NCBI GenBank assembly: GCA_029564175.1
Contig: JAKQQL010000160.1
Span: 1 to 29,326, forward strand
Reading direction: 5' to 3'
Origin: Candidatus Cloacimonadota bacterium
GTDB lineage: Bacteria > Cloacimonadota > Cloacimonadia > Cloacimonadales > WRIO01
Length of the DNA: 29,326 bases
Under the pieces are notes generated by a model. The model worked only from the letters and a program-made list of their open reading frames with translations. It did no database searches and was not told where the DNA came from. Of the stretch, positions 18,778 through 28,369 are shown one piece after another. Positions within the stretch are counted from its first letter, which is position 1. Each line of letters begins with the position of its first letter. Made by a program: the position numbers and the translations under genes.

Positions 18778-18891
18778 ATAAAACGACCATCCTGGTCGTT
18801 TATGTAACGCAAGCTACCAGCTTGTGAAAAAAACTATATAAATTGAAAACTCGTTTTACCGCCACTTTAATGACCTGGAAGGTCGTTCTAC
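18778..18891. repeat. Inverted pair of REP-like family B palindromes enclosing a family A copy
   Basis: ATAAAACGACCATCCTGGTCGTT (18778-18800) vs reverse complement of 18869-18891, GTAGAACGACCTTCCAGGTCATT (18/23 identical); GTAACGCAAGCTACCAGCTTGTG at 18804-18826. Confidence 0.75.
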
Positions 18892-18921
18892 AATCCAAAA
18901 CAACAGATTGTATCTGATTCA

Positions 18922-19368
18922 TTACAACCTGATTAGCTTTTCAGAAAGTAAAGCAATGATAGCATCTTTTTCCTTTCTGTCTTTAGAAAAACGAATGGAC
19001 TGTCCACGAAATGCATCCAGTCTGGATACTTGTTTAAAAGTGCTGATCATGATGCCGTTTTTATCATTGTAAAAACTGCCATAATCTGTATATTGCTTTT
19101 CAATCTTCACAAAGGGATAACGTACGATAAAATGATCTTCATAAAACTCATATTTCGTAGAAACAAAATAGGGAATAACGCCCATAAAAAGAATTATAAC
19201 ACCTAATATATAATAAAGTGGCTGATCCCATTTCACAATCGTGATATTCCAGAGAATAACAGCGACAAAAATGAGGAATGCAACCAGAAATATAGATTTT
19301 TTGGGGTAATCCATCAACGGAAAAGAACTCCATTCAATAAGGGGTGTTTTGATTTCTTTATTCGACAT
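18922..19368 (-). CDS. Hypothetical membrane protein (2 TM helices plus possible PH-like domain)
   Basis: ORF 18922-19395; probable start at 19368 after GGAG, overlapping the yicC end; two hydrophobic segments. Confidence 0.7.
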   Translation of the reverse strand: MSNKEIKTPLIEWSSFPLMDYPKKSIFLVAFLIFVAVILWNITIVKWDQPLYYILGVIILFMGVIPYFVSTKYEFYEDHFIVRYPFVKIEKQYTDYGSFYNDKNGIMISTFKQVSRLDAFRGQSIRFSKDRKEKDAIIALLSEKLIRL

Positions 19369-20236
19369 TTTGAATTTGCTCCCTGCATTTTTCAACTTCC
19401 TCTTTAATTTTCAAGATATATTCAAAGACTGAGGTTTCGTTGTATTTGGAAGAAATCGTATTGATTTCTCTTTGCATTTCCTGAAAGATAAAGTTCAGCG
19501 ATTTACCGGCATCAATTCCATTACCATTGAGTCTGTCTGAGAAATTATGCAGATGACTTTTCAATCTAATCAGTTCTTCTGTGATGTCACTTTTATCTAC
19601 ATAGAGAGCCACTTCTAAAAAGATTCGTTTTTCCATATCTTCACTGAAGCTGTCTTTAAGCAATGCCTGTACATTCGTTTTAAACTGATCGTATAACTTG
19701 TTTTTATAACCGGGTACAGAAGCTTCGATAATTTGAACAGAATTTGTAATTGTCTGATAGCTCTGATCAAAGAATTCTTTTAATTTATCTCCTTCTTTCA
19801 ATGCCATTTGCTGATGTTTGATGAGTGCATTTTCGATGGTTTCCGACAATATCTGCCAAAAAGTCTCATTCTGAAATGAAGGACTGTGAAAAGAAAGCAC
19901 ATTGGGCTGACTGATAATCGATTCCAGATTGACCGGATTCTTGTCACCAATCAGTGATTTCGCTTTTTTAAGAAGATCAGCAAAAGCCAATAGTTTGTTC
20001 TCATCCAACTGATATTCAGGGACTCTTTTATCGTTAAAATTGATTCTGATTTCCAGTTTTGCTCTGCGTACATATTTGGAAATTAGCTCTTTAATACCAT
20101 TTTCAAAAAGAAGCAACTCACGGGGAGAAGATATTTTTAAATCTAAAAAACGGCTATTGACTGATTTGACTTCTATTTCAATGTCATATTCATCATTATG
20201 AAACTCAGCGTTTCCATATCCTGTCATACTTTTCAT
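19358..20236 (-). CDS. yicC: YicC/YloC-family endoribonuclease
   Basis: MKSMTGYG, KSVNSRFLDL, DITEELIRLKSH, GKSLNFIFQEMQREINTISSK, REQIQNVE. Confidence 0.95.
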   Translation of the reverse strand: MKSMTGYGNAEFHNDEYDIEIEVKSVNSRFLDLKISSPRELLLFENGIKELISKYVRRAKLEIRINFNDKRVPEYQLDENKLLAFADLLKKAKSLIGDKNPVNLESIISQPNVLSFHSPSFQNETFWQILSETIENALIKHQQMALKEGDKLKEFFDQSYQTITNSVQIIEASVPGYKNKLYDQFKTNVQALLKDSFSEDMEKRIFLEVALYVDKSDITEELIRLKSHLHNFSDRLNGNGIDAGKSLNFIFQEMQREINTISSKYNETSVFEYILKIKEEVEKCREQIQNVE

Positions 20237-20256
20237 TATTATACCTCACTACAAAC

Positions 20257-20284
20257 AATATAATGAAAAGTAAATTTTTGTCAA
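20257..20284 (-). promoter_or_regulatory. sigma70 promoter of yicC
   Basis: TTGACA-16 nt-TATATT on the minus strand; RBS GAGG upstream of ATG 20236. Confidence 0.6.
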
Positions 20285-20299
20285 ATTATTTATATTATG

Positions 20300-20432
20300 C
20301 CGTTCTGCGAGCATCTTGTTTGCAGAAAAACAAGCTACAAGCAAGATGCTTGTATAACGGAGAATAATCCTGCTTGCAGATAAAAGGCTACAAGCAAGAT
20401 GCTTGTAGTACGGGAAAATTCCTGTTTGCAGA
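20300..20432. repeat. BIME-like cluster of REP-like family C palindromes
   Basis: CTACAAGCAAGATGCTTGTA at 20335 and 20388, alternating with oppositely oriented degenerate copies ending TGYTTGCAGA; period about 52 bp. Confidence 0.75.
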
Positions 20433-20481
20433 AGTATAATAACTAATGATTTAGAGTGTTTGTTTTGATTTGAGAGAAAGA

Positions 20482-20568
20482 TGGTGCTGGAGAGGGGACT
20501 CGAACCCCTATGAGAGTACTCTCACTAGACCCTGAACCTAGCGTGTCTACCAATTTCACCACTCCAGC
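20482..20568 (-). tRNA. tRNA-Leu(CAG)
   Basis: GCTGGAG/CTCCAGC acceptor stem plus ACCA; D-loop GAAATTGGTAGAC; anticodon arm CTAGG-TTCAGGG-TCTAG; long variable arm; GGGGTTCGAGTCCCC T-arm. Confidence 0.97.
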
Positions 20569-20709
20569 CTGTTATTCGTATAATTTTTAAATAGTGCTTT
20601 TTCGTCAAGCTTTTTTTATGAGTTTCTGGCTATATTTTGATGTCAGGCTATTTAAGTATTTCTTAAAATAACAGATAGAAATTAGATAATAATGCAAAAA
20701 ATGATTCAT

Positions 20710-21324
20710 TTAGCCATATTCGCAGTTCCTTACATGAAAAAATAGCTCAGAATTCAGGTTCTCTGTATCTAAAGAACAAGGCTTTATTGTATCGAAGTTC
20801 ACAAAAGTTTCTTTTCTTTTGTGATTAAAAGTGTTTGATTTTCTAATCAGATACTTCTGAATGACATTAAGATTATTACGATGATTTAATCGATAGGCAT
20901 GACTGACTTTTTTTAATATATTGAGTTGAATTAGCTGATACACATTGATTTGATCTAACAAACTTTCAAAGATTGCGATTGCATTTGCATGATCTTCGAT
21001 GTTTATGCCAAAGCGTCTGATCAGTGCATGAATTACCATCAGAAAAGCGCTGTAAGCCGATATCCCGCGCTTTCTAAGACCAGGATATGTTTTTTTGTAT
21101 TGATCAGCATATCGAGCCAGGTCTTTTCTAAAAGAACGATTCAGCGTATCCCATAGTGTTTTTGTTATCTGATTGACTTTGATAATATTGAAATTCTGTG
21201 TCTGCATCTGCTGTTTTTTCAGGTTTCTGCTGATGCATATTTTACCATTCTGATACCAGGCAAGATGCAAATCACCGGCCTTTTTGGGATAACCTGTTAG
21301 TTTTTCTGAAAAATAGATCCTCAT
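20710..21324 (-). CDS. Basic hypothetical protein
   Basis: 204-aa ORF with RBS GAAGGA; Lys/Arg-rich; N-terminus resembles an FCB-group hypothetical family (from memory). Confidence 0.65.
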   Translation of the reverse strand: MRIYFSEKLTGYPKKAGDLHLAWYQNGKICISRNLKKQQMQTQNFNIIKVNQITKTLWDTLNRSFRKDLARYADQYKKTYPGLRKRGISAYSAFLMVIHALIRRFGINIEDHANAIAIFESLLDQINVYQLIQLNILKKVSHAYRLNHRNNLNVIQKYLIRKSNTFNHKRKETFVNFDTIKPCSLDTENLNSELFFHVRNCEYG

Positions 21325-21700
21325 ATCCTTCTTTCTCCTGATACATAATATATTCTATTTCTGATTAAAAGCAAATAAAAACTCATATGATTCTCTTTTC
21401 TATCCTGTAGAACACTTCCTGCTTAAAGGCAAAGCACTGTCTAATCCCTGTCGCATATTCTAAAAAAGTAAAGAGAAATGAAGCAGGAGAGAAGTAGGGA
21501 TGAAAGAGTAAAGATTCAATATATTTAAGAAAAGAAGTTAAAAAACGTGTAATGATAAAAAGAAAACCCTATTTTTAAATTTTAATGGTTACTTATTGGA
21601 ATTGTTTGCTATTTTAAAAATCTAAATAGATTAATTGCTTAATTCTCACTTTCATAGAAACTGCTGAATGTCAGATACTTAAAATCAAAGAGAGAATACA

Positions 21701-24700
21701 TTATTTCTCAGCATTTTTACTTTTCAGCAGACGATAGATTTGTACTCTGTCGAGATTGCCCATTTTACTTGCCAGACTTATGTTTCCTTCAGCATTTTCC
21801 AGAAGTTGACTAGCATATTTATAGTCCAGTTCTTCTGTTATCTTTTGTTTATATTCTTTATACTCAGCCCATTTAACAGGCAATTGGCTAAATCCAGCCA
21901 AATTATCTGTCTGATTTTCTTCAAGCAAATCATCCATAGATAAAAAGTCTTTATTACACATCAGAACAGCTCTTTCAATTTCATTTTCAAGTTCTCTGAT
22001 ATTTCCTTTCCATTCTTTAAACTGTAGATAATGCATGGTTTTAGGATGAATTCCATTGATATTTTTATTGAATTTTTGATTAAACTTTTTAAGAAAGTGC
22101 ATGACAAGCAGCGGGATGTCTTCACGTCTTTCTTCAAGAGCAGGGATAGGAATGCTCATTACTTTTAAGCGATAGAATAAGTCTGCTCTAAACAGATTTT
22201 GATTTACTAAATCTTCCAGGTTTTTATTGGTAGCGGCAATGATTCTGACCGTTACAGGGATACTGATACCTGTTCCTAATGGGGTAACTTCTTTATCCTG
22301 AATGACTCTAAGTAGTTTTGCCTGAAGAATTAAGGGCATTTCTCCAATTTCATCGAGAAATATTGTCCCATAATTTGCTTCCAGGATTTTACCTTTCTGA
22401 TCTGATACTGCACCTGTAAAAGCCCCTTTTTTATAACCAAACAATTCAGATTCAAGCAGTTGTTCAGGGATAGCAGCACAATTGACAGCTACAAAAGGTG
22501 CATTCTTTGAAACAGGATTTCTTTCAGTATAGAGTTGATGAATAGCTCTTGAAACAAGTTCTTTACCACTACCGGTAGGACCTGTAATCAAGACATTGAC
22601 ATTATAAGCTGCAACCATTCTGATTTTATTAAATACATCCTCCATCATTTTACTATTGCCAATGATTTTCCAGTTTGAATTCATTTCTTCATTTAGGGTG
22701 GTCATCTGAATACGTTCAGCTCTTTCAGATTTAAGGGCTATCTTCTCAAAATGTTGATTCAACATTTTAAACATGGTTTCAGCTAACTTTAACTGTTTAT
22801 CGCTAAGGTTTCTTTGCTCATTACTATCTGCATAAATGATTCCTGTTACTTCATTGTTAATCATTACAGGCCATGCCAGGACAGAACTGATTCCCATACC
22901 AATAATACTGGAGCTGGTATTGAATTGCGTCGTATTAAGAATGAATGCATCGTAGATTAAGCCTTGTTTTGTGCAAATTTGTTTGATGATGCTTTGACTG
23001 AACCATATCTTATTTGGGTCTATTTCTCTTCCATAATGATCAATGAGTAAAGAAGGAGAGAAAATACCTGATTTATTTTCAAAGTAAATATAGCGCTTAA
23101 AATGATATAGAGGGAAAAGCTCTTTCATCAGAAGACTTATCATTTCAAGCGGATCATCTGTAGTTTCAATGATATCAGATATTCTGAAAAACAGACTGAA
23201 ATCAGCTTGTTTTCCTGATTTATTACAGCAGGCTTCTGCTGGTTTATAATCAAAGAGTTTAATATCATCCTTAAAATCATTCATTTCAGAAGAGTTGGAA
23301 TCAATCAAGTCTGTTTGGATAAGCCAGGTGAGATAATAAAGATACGAATCATTTTCATTTTGAATCTTTAATTCTTTTAATCTTTTTTCTATGAATGCCG
23401 GTTCTGAATCCAAAAATGCATGGAAGATAGAATTATCTGGTAATCTTTTAGCCATCTGTCCCGCTTTAAGGTAAGAATGGTTGAAATAATAGAAAAAGAA
23501 GAGCTCTCTAATGAGGATTTCATGCATCTCAGGGTAAGGTAATGCCCATTTTTCCAGTAAGTCCGGTACTTTATCAAAATGCAGATGGATATTAAAATGG
23601 ATAATCCACGCCTGAATTTCTTGTCTGAGTAATTGATTTTCATTTGCTTGTGGTTCTTCCAGGAGATTTTCCAGGAGATCCAGGGCATGATCAAATTCTC
23701 CCTGGGCAAAGAGGCACTTTGCTGTGATAATCTTCCCATTGGCTATCAAATTCCATTTATGATTGTTACCTGCAATTTGTATGGCTTTTTCTGCATGAAA
23801 GATGGCTTTTTTCCATTCACCTCTTTTTGAATGAATATCTGCCAAATTCAAATAGGAAATCGTTTCAAATTGCAAATTATTCAATATTTTGGATTGTAAA
23901 AGGACATCGTTAAACAGAGATTCTGCATCTGTATATTTTTTTAAATCAAAGTAAACAACACCCAGATTGTTCATTGCCCTGAATAAACTCTTCCAGTCTT
24001 TATGAAACTTGAATAGCTCGATTGCTTTTTTGTAGATATTGATGGCATCATCATTTCTCTTTAGAGCTTGTAGTACTATCGCAAGGTCTGTTGACAATAC
24101 CGCTTTCATGACGCCTTCTGCCTCATTGATGAGTTTTTCGTATAATTTTAGAGATTCTTCAAATTTTCCGATAATTCTAGCTATAAATGCTTTTTTCTTT
24201 CTTATTTCGAATGGGATATTCTCTTCTCCAAGCAGGTTGATGATTTCTCCCATAAATTCATAAGATGACATAAAATATTGTTGTTGAATCAGATAATCCA
24301 GATGATGAATCCAATGATTTAATGCTTCTTTCTGTTGAGACTGATTATATGCGATTTTGCCTAATATTTGATAGTAGCTTGTATTTTTGATTTTTTCCTC
24401 TATGTATGCAAGCAATTTTAAATCAATTTCTTGGATATGTTCAACAGGGGATGCACTTTTAACCAGCTCTCCATCAAGAATAAGCTGCTGTGAAATCAGC
24501 CCATCCTGAATCAGATTAAACCAGTTCTCCCAGATTATCTCAATCAGACTGATAGGAAGTGGTAAATTTATCCACTGTATAAAGTGAATTAGCTCATTAA
24601 ATGTCTCTTTATAAAAACGTGCTGAATAATTTTTTAGTAATAGAAGTCGAACGATAAATGCTTTGGAGTTTTTTAAAATTGAATCATTAAGTTTTTGAAT

Positions 24701-25900
24701 TTGTTTATTTACAGAATTACTTTCTATCAATAGGAGCAACTCAGTAATTTCAGTAAAGGGGATGGTTTTTACATCTGAATTTTGAGAGATCTGCATGGTA
24801 AAACAGTCAAAAGTATTGTAAATATCATCAAAAAGGTGAGTCGGATTGATTGTATCTGACCTTTTTAGGAGTATTTGAATCTGTTGTTCTTTTAGCCAGT
24901 CAATCAGTTTGTGATGATATATCTCTTTATCTCTGTACCCTGGCGGAAATGATTTAAAAAATTCATCCGGATTATTGATAAAGAGGTTCTCATCTAAGAT
25001 AATGAGTTTTTTCCCTTCACTTTCTGACATTAAAGAGATGATATATTCTATTTTTTGAGGTTCATCAGTATAAAAACAGTTCAGGTTTTTCTTTTTCCAT
25101 AATTTCTGAGCAGCCAGATGTTGAGATTTAAAAATATAAGATTTAACAATCGCTTCATTTAAAGATTCGTTTTGGTAGTCAGATAAGTCTGAAAAATGTT
25201 TAAAAACCTGAATAGCAGAAGGTCGTTTAGACGGATTATACGATAGCATGGACAATAAAAATTCATCATGTATGATAGCTTGCAGGGATTCAGACCACAA
25301 ACTCTCATCTTTTATCAAATTAAAATAGGATTCTGTATCATAGAAATCAAGCAATGTTTTTGAATGAAGCAGATACAGATAAATCATGCCCAGAGAGAAA
25401 ATATCAGAAGCAAAATGATTGGTATGATGTAGGATTTTTTCTGGTGATGAACATGAAAATGTTCCCTTGAACTCATTTTGCAGGCATAGATTCACTGTCG
25501 CAAAATGAAAATCAATCATATAGGCTTGATTGTTGGCAATCATTATATTCTCAGGATTTAAATCATTGACACAAATTCCGCAGGAATGAATATACAATAA
25601 GGATTCACTTAAGGATAACATATATTTTCTAGACTGATTTGGGCTGATCTTTTCTTTTATCTGGCTTAGGGTAATGCCTTCTATATACTCCATGATTAAC
25701 CAGGGATATTCATCCTGTCCATAACTGTGTACTTTTACGATACCTTGATGCTCGACTGTCTTTAAAAATAAAAATTCTTGTCTGGCATCTTGAATCAACT
25801 TACTTTTATATGTTTTTAAAATCTTTTTTATTTTATCTTTATCTGTGAATGAATAAATTTGAGAATGACTGGTTTCGGCGATCAACTTTAAATCCTGCAT
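21701..25900 (-). CDS. sigma54-dependent enhancer-binding protein with N-terminal degenerate Ser/Thr kinase, TPR and GAF domains and C-terminal Fis-type HTH
   Basis: Kinase-like HQGIVKV, IMEYIEG, NDLNPENI, IDFH, SDIFSLG; TPRs (MNNLGVVY, YLNLADIH); GAF (SSVLAWPV, GIIYAD); GPTGSGKE, NCAAIP, ESELFG, GAFTGA, FLDEIGEM, WKGNIRELEN; GNISLASKMGNLDRVQIYRLL. Confidence 0.92.
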   Translation of the reverse strand: MQDLKLIAETSHSQIYSFTDKDKIKKILKTYKSKLIQDARQEFLFLKTVEHQGIVKVHSYGQDEYPWLIMEYIEGITLSQIKEKISPNQSRKYMLSLSESLLYIHSCGICVNDLNPENIMIANNQAYMIDFHFATVNLCLQNEFKGTFSCSSPEKILHHTNHFASDIFSLGMIYLYLLHSKTLLDFYDTESYFNLIKDESLWSESLQAIIHDEFLLSMLSYNPSKRPSAIQVFKHFSDLSDYQNESLNEAIVKSYIFKSQHLAAQKLWKKKNLNCFYTDEPQKIEYIISLMSESEGKKLIILDENLFINNPDEFFKSFPPGYRDKEIYHHKLIDWLKEQQIQILLKRSDTINPTHLFDDIYNTFDCFTMQISQNSDVKTIPFTEITELLLLIESNSVNKQIQKLNDSILKNSKAFIVRLLLLKNYSARFYKETFNELIHFIQWINLPLPISLIEIIWENWFNLIQDGLISQQLILDGELVKSASPVEHIQEIDLKLLAYIEEKIKNTSYYQILGKIAYNQSQQKEALNHWIHHLDYLIQQQYFMSSYEFMGEIINLLGEENIPFEIRKKKAFIARIIGKFEESLKLYEKLINEAEGVMKAVLSTDLAIVLQALKRNDDAINIYKKAIELFKFHKDWKSLFRAMNNLGVVYFDLKKYTDAESLFNDVLLQSKILNNLQFETISYLNLADIHSKRGEWKKAIFHAEKAIQIAGNNHKWNLIANGKIITAKCLFAQGEFDHALDLLENLLEEPQANENQLLRQEIQAWIIHFNIHLHFDKVPDLLEKWALPYPEMHEILIRELFFFYYFNHSYLKAGQMAKRLPDNSIFHAFLDSEPAFIEKRLKELKIQNENDSYLYYLTWLIQTDLIDSNSSEMNDFKDDIKLFDYKPAEACCNKSGKQADFSLFFRISDIIETTDDPLEMISLLMKELFPLYHFKRYIYFENKSGIFSPSLLIDHYGREIDPNKIWFSQSIIKQICTKQGLIYDAFILNTTQFNTSSSIIGMGISSVLAWPVMINNEVTGIIYADSNEQRNLSDKQLKLAETMFKMLNQHFEKIALKSERAERIQMTTLNEEMNSNWKIIGNSKMMEDVFNKIRMVAAYNVNVLITGPTGSGKELVSRAIHQLYTERNPVSKNAPFVAVNCAAIPEQLLESELFGYKKGAFTGAVSDQKGKILEANYGTIFLDEIGEMPLILQAKLLRVIQDKEVTPLGTGISIPVTVRIIAATNKNLEDLVNQNLFRADLFYRLKVMSIPIPALEERREDIPLLVMHFLKKFNQKFNKNINGIHPKTMHYLQFKEWKGNIRELENEIERAVLMCNKDFLSMDDLLEENQTDNLAGFSQLPVKWAEYKEYKQKITEELDYKYASQLLENAEGNISLASKMGNLDRVQIYRLLKSKNAEK

Positions 25901-26056
25901 TTCAACCTCTAATCTGTATGTTTGTATAATGGCAAATGAAATATACTTTGTTCAAATATTCTCCTTTTCTTCATTCGATACTATCAGCATTTTGCTTGTT
26001 TTTTTGTCATCTTGAATGTTCATATTACACGATATGTTTTTTTAAATTTCTATTTT

Positions 26057-26096
26057 AAAAAACAATGGTCGTGAGATTTCTCTCACGATCCATTGT
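26057..26096 (-). terminator. Intrinsic terminator of the secreted-protein gene
   Basis: ACAATGG-TCGTGAGA-tttc-TCTCACGA-t-CCATTGT stem followed by a T-run on the minus strand. Confidence 0.8.
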
Positions 26097-26114
26097 ACGG
26101 TAGGATTCTATGGT

Positions 26115-28334
26115 TTATTTGATGAGGAGCATTTTGCGGGTTGCATTCGTCATTTGACCTTTTACTTTTGCAAAATAGATGCCTGATGTAACGTCTTTGT
26201 TGTTGTTATCTTTACCATTCCAAACTACCTGATGATTGCCTTTAGTCATTTTTTCATTAAAGAATGATTTGACTTTTTGACCTTTGATGTTGTAGATATC
26301 AAGGGATACTTGTTCATCATTAGCGAGTGTGAAGGAAATTGTTGTACTTGGATTGAATGGGTTAGGATAATTATTGATTTGAGTTTTTACCATTGGAGTT
26401 GTTGTATTGTCGTTTGAAAGCGCACTTGTCATCGTATAGCTAATCGTTTCATCGCCAGTGACAGTCATATTTTCAGAAACAGATTGATAACCCATGATTG
26501 ATGCAATTACCTGAATGTTTTCATTTGGAATATTAACTAAAGTAAAGTCACCATCTTCGTTGGTACGAGCAAAAGCAATAATATCACCATCAGTATTTTT
26601 TACTGTAAGGCTTACATTTGAAAGTGCCTGACGTCCATCAATTGTAACATTTCCGCTGATTTGATTGATGCCGTTAGTTGATGCATAGTTTAAGTCAAAA
26701 TCAATATTTTCAACATGACTGCTAACATTAATTGTCTGAGCATCTTCCCATGTCTGAGAATTCTGATAATAAGTCATAGGTGCCATTGGAGATGATGCGA
26801 TAATGTAGTAATCACCAGGTGTATTAACAGGGATGTTATAGTGTCCAAACTGGTCAGTAATGATTGATTCTTCCCAATCTTCATCACTTGAAACAGCAAT
26901 CACTAAAACAGGCGCATTTGGAATTTCACCATTAACTGTAATTGTTCCGCTGATAGAAAAATCAGTTTCAGTAGCAACAGGTAATAAATCAAAGTTTAAA
27001 TCATCATAGTCATGGAAAGCTCTGATTACACGAGCCTGGAAAGGATTTTGAACATGATCATAGTATTGTGTGCGATAAACACCGTTGGTGTCAATTGCAG
27101 CAATGTTGTAAAATCCAAATGGAACTTCGATTGAGTAAGCACCATTGATATCAGTTAATGTACTGATGCTGGCAAAAGTACTGTCTGCGAAAGGATTGTG
27201 GCAGTTACCAAATAAGTCAACAGTTACGGTAATACCTTCTAATGGTAATTCTGTTTCAGCAGCTTTTACAATACCTGCTAATGTATAGGTTGATTCTTCA
27301 TTGAAGTTGAAGTTAAGATTTTCTACATTGGCATCATTAACAACGATTTCTACTGCTTCTTCAATATTTGTTGTGCCAGGATAGAAGATTGGCATTCCGT
27401 GAAAACCATGCATTTTAAGTTTGTATGTACCGTTTGGAACGTTGTTTATTGTAAATTCACCTGATGGGTTTACATTCGCATGTCTGACAATGTTTTGAAC
27501 GTATGCAGTTGTATCTGCAGCTTGTCCAAATAAAACAACATGTCTCATGTGTCCATGACCTGGCATATTGTTTGCTGTTCCTATTGAGCCAGAAACAGAA
27601 TAATTATTCATATTCATATCTACAACGATATTGATACTGTCAACAATAAAGTCATCTTCTGAAATGGTAAACTGAGCTGAATAGCCAAGAATTTCCTGAG
27701 TCATATGATTTAATGCAACTGTTTTGTATGTTCCATAATCAATACGGTTTATCATATAATAGCCATTCCAGTTGCTATTTCCATGATAGAAAGGAATAAT
27801 ACTGTCTGTTGCTGCATCAGCTAATTTAATTTCAATAAATGGAACCGGTTGGTTTTGAGAATTAACAACCATACCGTTAACTCTGCCTGGTCTGTTTGGG
27901 TTTGGAGGCAAGGTAAGTTGAATATTGATACCAACGACTTCCTGATCATCTGCATCGACTTCAACAACACTGACTTCTGCTGTTCCATCTGTGTATGGAG
28001 CAGGCATAAATCCTTCTTTTTGAGCGAAAACAATATAACTACCTGTTTGAACTTCATCAAATGAATACATTCCGTTTGGATCAGATAATACATAAACTTG
28101 ATTAGGGTTATCATTTCCATGACGACTTAAAAATTCTTGAATAATCTGATCCACATGATCAGGACCACAGTTGCCAGCATTAAGTAAAAAGACTCTGCTT
28201 GCAGGAACAGGACTGGATTCAGAAGTGGTAATCTGTCCGGAAATTGATCCGGCAAACAGACTGCTGAATGACAGAATCACAATCATCATCATGATGAAGG
28301 CGATTGTTTGGTTTTTGAAAGTACGATTTTTCAT
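26115..28334 (-). CDS. Secreted protein with repeated carboxypeptidase-regulatory-like (Ig/transthyretin-like) domains and a C-terminal FlgD-Ig/T9SS-type sorting domain
   Basis: Start 28334 after AAGGAGG; signal peptide; repeated ISGxI and GxYxI modules; NYPNPFNPSTTISF, IYNIKGQKV, WNGKD, SGIYF, RKMLLIK. Confidence 0.88.
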   Translation of the reverse strand: MKNRTFKNQTIAFIMMMIVILSFSSLFAGSISGQITTSESSPVPASRVFLLNAGNCGPDHVDQIIQEFLSRHGNDNPNQVYVLSDPNGMYSFDEVQTGSYIVFAQKEGFMPAPYTDGTAEVSVVEVDADDQEVVGINIQLTLPPNPNRPGRVNGMVVNSQNQPVPFIEIKLADAATDSIIPFYHGNSNWNGYYMINRIDYGTYKTVALNHMTQEILGYSAQFTISEDDFIVDSINIVVDMNMNNYSVSGSIGTANNMPGHGHMRHVVLFGQAADTTAYVQNIVRHANVNPSGEFTINNVPNGTYKLKMHGFHGMPIFYPGTTNIEEAVEIVVNDANVENLNFNFNEESTYTLAGIVKAAETELPLEGITVTVDLFGNCHNPFADSTFASISTLTDINGAYSIEVPFGFYNIAAIDTNGVYRTQYYDHVQNPFQARVIRAFHDYDDLNFDLLPVATETDFSISGTITVNGEIPNAPVLVIAVSSDEDWEESIITDQFGHYNIPVNTPGDYYIIASSPMAPMTYYQNSQTWEDAQTINVSSHVENIDFDLNYASTNGINQISGNVTIDGRQALSNVSLTVKNTDGDIIAFARTNEDGDFTLVNIPNENIQVIASIMGYQSVSENMTVTGDETISYTMTSALSNDNTTTPMVKTQINNYPNPFNPSTTISFTLANDEQVSLDIYNIKGQKVKSFFNEKMTKGNHQVVWNGKDNNNKDVTSGIYFAKVKGQMTNATRKMLLIK

Positions 28335-28369
28335 CTTTCCTCCTTGCGTTATGTGTTTGTAACATATTA

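Noticed and set aside
21664..21675. 12-mer CTGAATGTCAGA also present inverted near 29255-29266, as possible element ends
   Set aside because: Short, one copy is inside a coding frame, and there is no transposase or target duplication; plausibly chance.
20482..21700. tRNA-anchored integrative element
   Set aside because: No integrase, and I saw no duplicate of the tRNA 3' end in the window; the orphan gene lies on the tRNA 5' side.
5621..28362. Short alternative-frame and antisense ORFs in the ORF track (e.g. 5621-6013, 7953-8237, 13896-14165, 14986-15315, 23389-23739, 27821-28120)
   Set aside because: All lie within longer, well-supported genes and show no recognisable motifs; treated as shadow ORFs.
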